This document shows positions 63,215-64,000 of a DNA stretch of 64,000 nt, in pieces. Position numbers and translations under genes: made by a program. The notes beneath the pieces are model-generated. The model was given only the letters and a program-made list of their open reading frames with translations, was not told the DNA's origin and ran no database searches. This DNA is from an uncultured Candidatus Saccharibacteria bacterium (GTDB taxonomy: Bacteria > Patescibacteriota > Dojkabacteria > JAHIVN01). Where the stretch lies: NCBI GenBank assembly GCA_964572065.1, contig CAZNER010000001.1, forward strand, positions 504 through 64,503, read 5' to 3'. The first letter of the stretch is position 1. The number at the start of each line of letters is the position of its first letter.

Positions 63215-64000
63215 TTAAGTTAAAAAATCAAATTTATGTTTTTCCAATCCTGTTAATTTTTCTTTCCAATCCTTCATAAAAACATCTCTACTGTTATTAT
63301 AATATTGTTCAACTTGGGGACTCATAGAACCGTGTTGCATATGTATAATAGACGCTAAACCATTATATAAAATAGTATAGCCAGCTTCTATAGCTCTAAG
63401 CATCATTTCTGTTTCCTCATAATACATAAAATATCTTTCATCAAAACCTTTTAATTCATCAAAAACTTCTTGCTTCCATAACATACAACAACCAGACACT
63501 CCTTGTACTTTTTTAACATAATTGTATTGACCCCGATCCATCTCTAGTCCCCCAAAATTGTGTCCTTTAAAAGTATTTGTAGGCATTAAGGTGCCCGCAG
63601 ACATTATATTGCCATCCAAGTTAATACATTTAGGCCCAACACAAGCAACTTTATCATCAAAAGAATATAAAGTATCACTTAAAATAGTTAACCAATAAGC
63701 GTCACATACAATAGTATCATTATTCAAAAACAAGTAATCTACATTACCAAACTGTTCTTTTGCAAAAGTAACTCCTTGATTACAAGCTTTTGCAAAACCT
63801 TTATTCTCATTATTAAGTATAGCATAACAAAACTTTTGATTTTGTAACTGCTGTCTTGTTTCATCTGTAGAATTGTTATCTACCACAATAAGTTCATAAT
63901 CTATATGTTGTCTGCTTTGTTGTGTATTATGTATTATAGACTCAATACACTGTTTTGTAAGCTGCCATTTATTATAAGTAACAAAAATAATCGCTATTTT
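63215..64000 (-). CDS. GT2 family glycosyltransferase (5' end beyond the window)
   Basis: The frame stays open to the window edge: ...IAIIFVTYNKWQLTKQCIESI...LIVVDNNSTDET...FLNNDT. The ORF-track start at 63886 is internal. Confidence 0.75.
   Translation of the reverse strand, partial: KIAIIFVTYNKWQLTKQCIESIIHNTQQSRQHIDYELIVVDNNSTDETRQQLQNQKFCYAILNNENKGFAKACNQGVTFAKEQFGNVDYLFLNNDTIVCDAYWLTILSDTLYSFDDKVACVGPKCINLDGNIMSAGTLMPTNTFKGHNFGGLEMDRGQYNYVKKVQGVSGCCMLWKQEVFDELKGFDERYFMYYEETEMMLRAIEAGYTILYNGLASIIHMQHGSMSPQVEQYYNNSRDVFMKDWKEKLTGLEKHKFDFLT

Noticed and set aside
1-64000. Alternative genetic code (stop-codon reassignment), as seen in some large phages.
   Set aside because: Long motif-bearing ORFs are intact under the standard code. 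TAA, TAG and TGA are all seen as genuine gene ends, for example TGA at the RuvC stop, TAG at 12218 and TAA at many genes.
1-64000. tRNA, rRNA, CRISPR array, integrase or transposase.
   Set aside because: By-eye inspection of every intergenic gap longer than 50 nt found no cloverleaf-capable GC-rich segment, no regularly spaced repeats and no recombinase motifs. This was not checked with tRNAscan or other tools.

Overview
This is a visibly AT-rich 64-kb segment (about 30% GC by eye, not computed). Every credible gene lies on the minus strand, and most are tightly packed with ATGA-type start/stop overlaps and GGAGG-type Shine-Dalgarno sites. The gene content is that of a large tailed bacteriophage. 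No integrase, tRNA, rRNA or CRISPR array was seen.

Modules in transcription order (high to low coordinates):
1. 64000-48580: an 18-gene glycan-tailoring block that runs off the window edge. It holds 8 glycosyltransferase proteins (9 GT domains), 6 SAM methyltransferases, 3 sulfotransferase-like proteins and a GDP-mannose 3,5-epimerase.
2. 48572-41996: sigma-70 family factor, SNF2 helicase, DnaC-like loader, DnaB helicase and DnaG primase.
3. 41905-39260: small accessory genes, including a stand-alone WYL protein and a secreted protein.
4. 39193-28586: a 7-deazaguanine and DNA metabolism block with QueE, a DpdA-like candidate, FolE, a Dcd/dUTPase-fold protein, family-A DNA polymerase with an N-terminal UDG-like domain, gp32-like SSB, family-4 UDG and RecA.
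5. 28417-24648: an SbcCD-like nuclease in which SbcC is split around sbcD, followed by RuvC.
6. 24199-20200: two large unknown proteins.
7. 19034-9926: DUF932-like protein, class II RNR, QueC, TerL and a QueD-phosphoribosyltransferase fusion.
8. 9825-63: unknown proteins, an SLT lytic transglycosylase, a patatin-like phospholipase cassette, many Cys-rich miniproteins and a PD-(D/E)xK protein.

The most unusual element is the phage-borne glycan factory. It combines sulfation, methylation and GDP-mannose 3,5-epimerase chemistry, and nothing in the window encodes lipid-carrier or export machinery. Secondary points are the QueD-PRTase fusion within a dispersed preQ0/DpdA pathway, the split SbcC, a roughly 110-bp direct repeat bracketing one sulfotransferase-like gene, and a recurrent promoter-like motif often placed 5-10 nt from SD-less start codons.

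All functional calls rest on motif recognition by eye. No database search was run.
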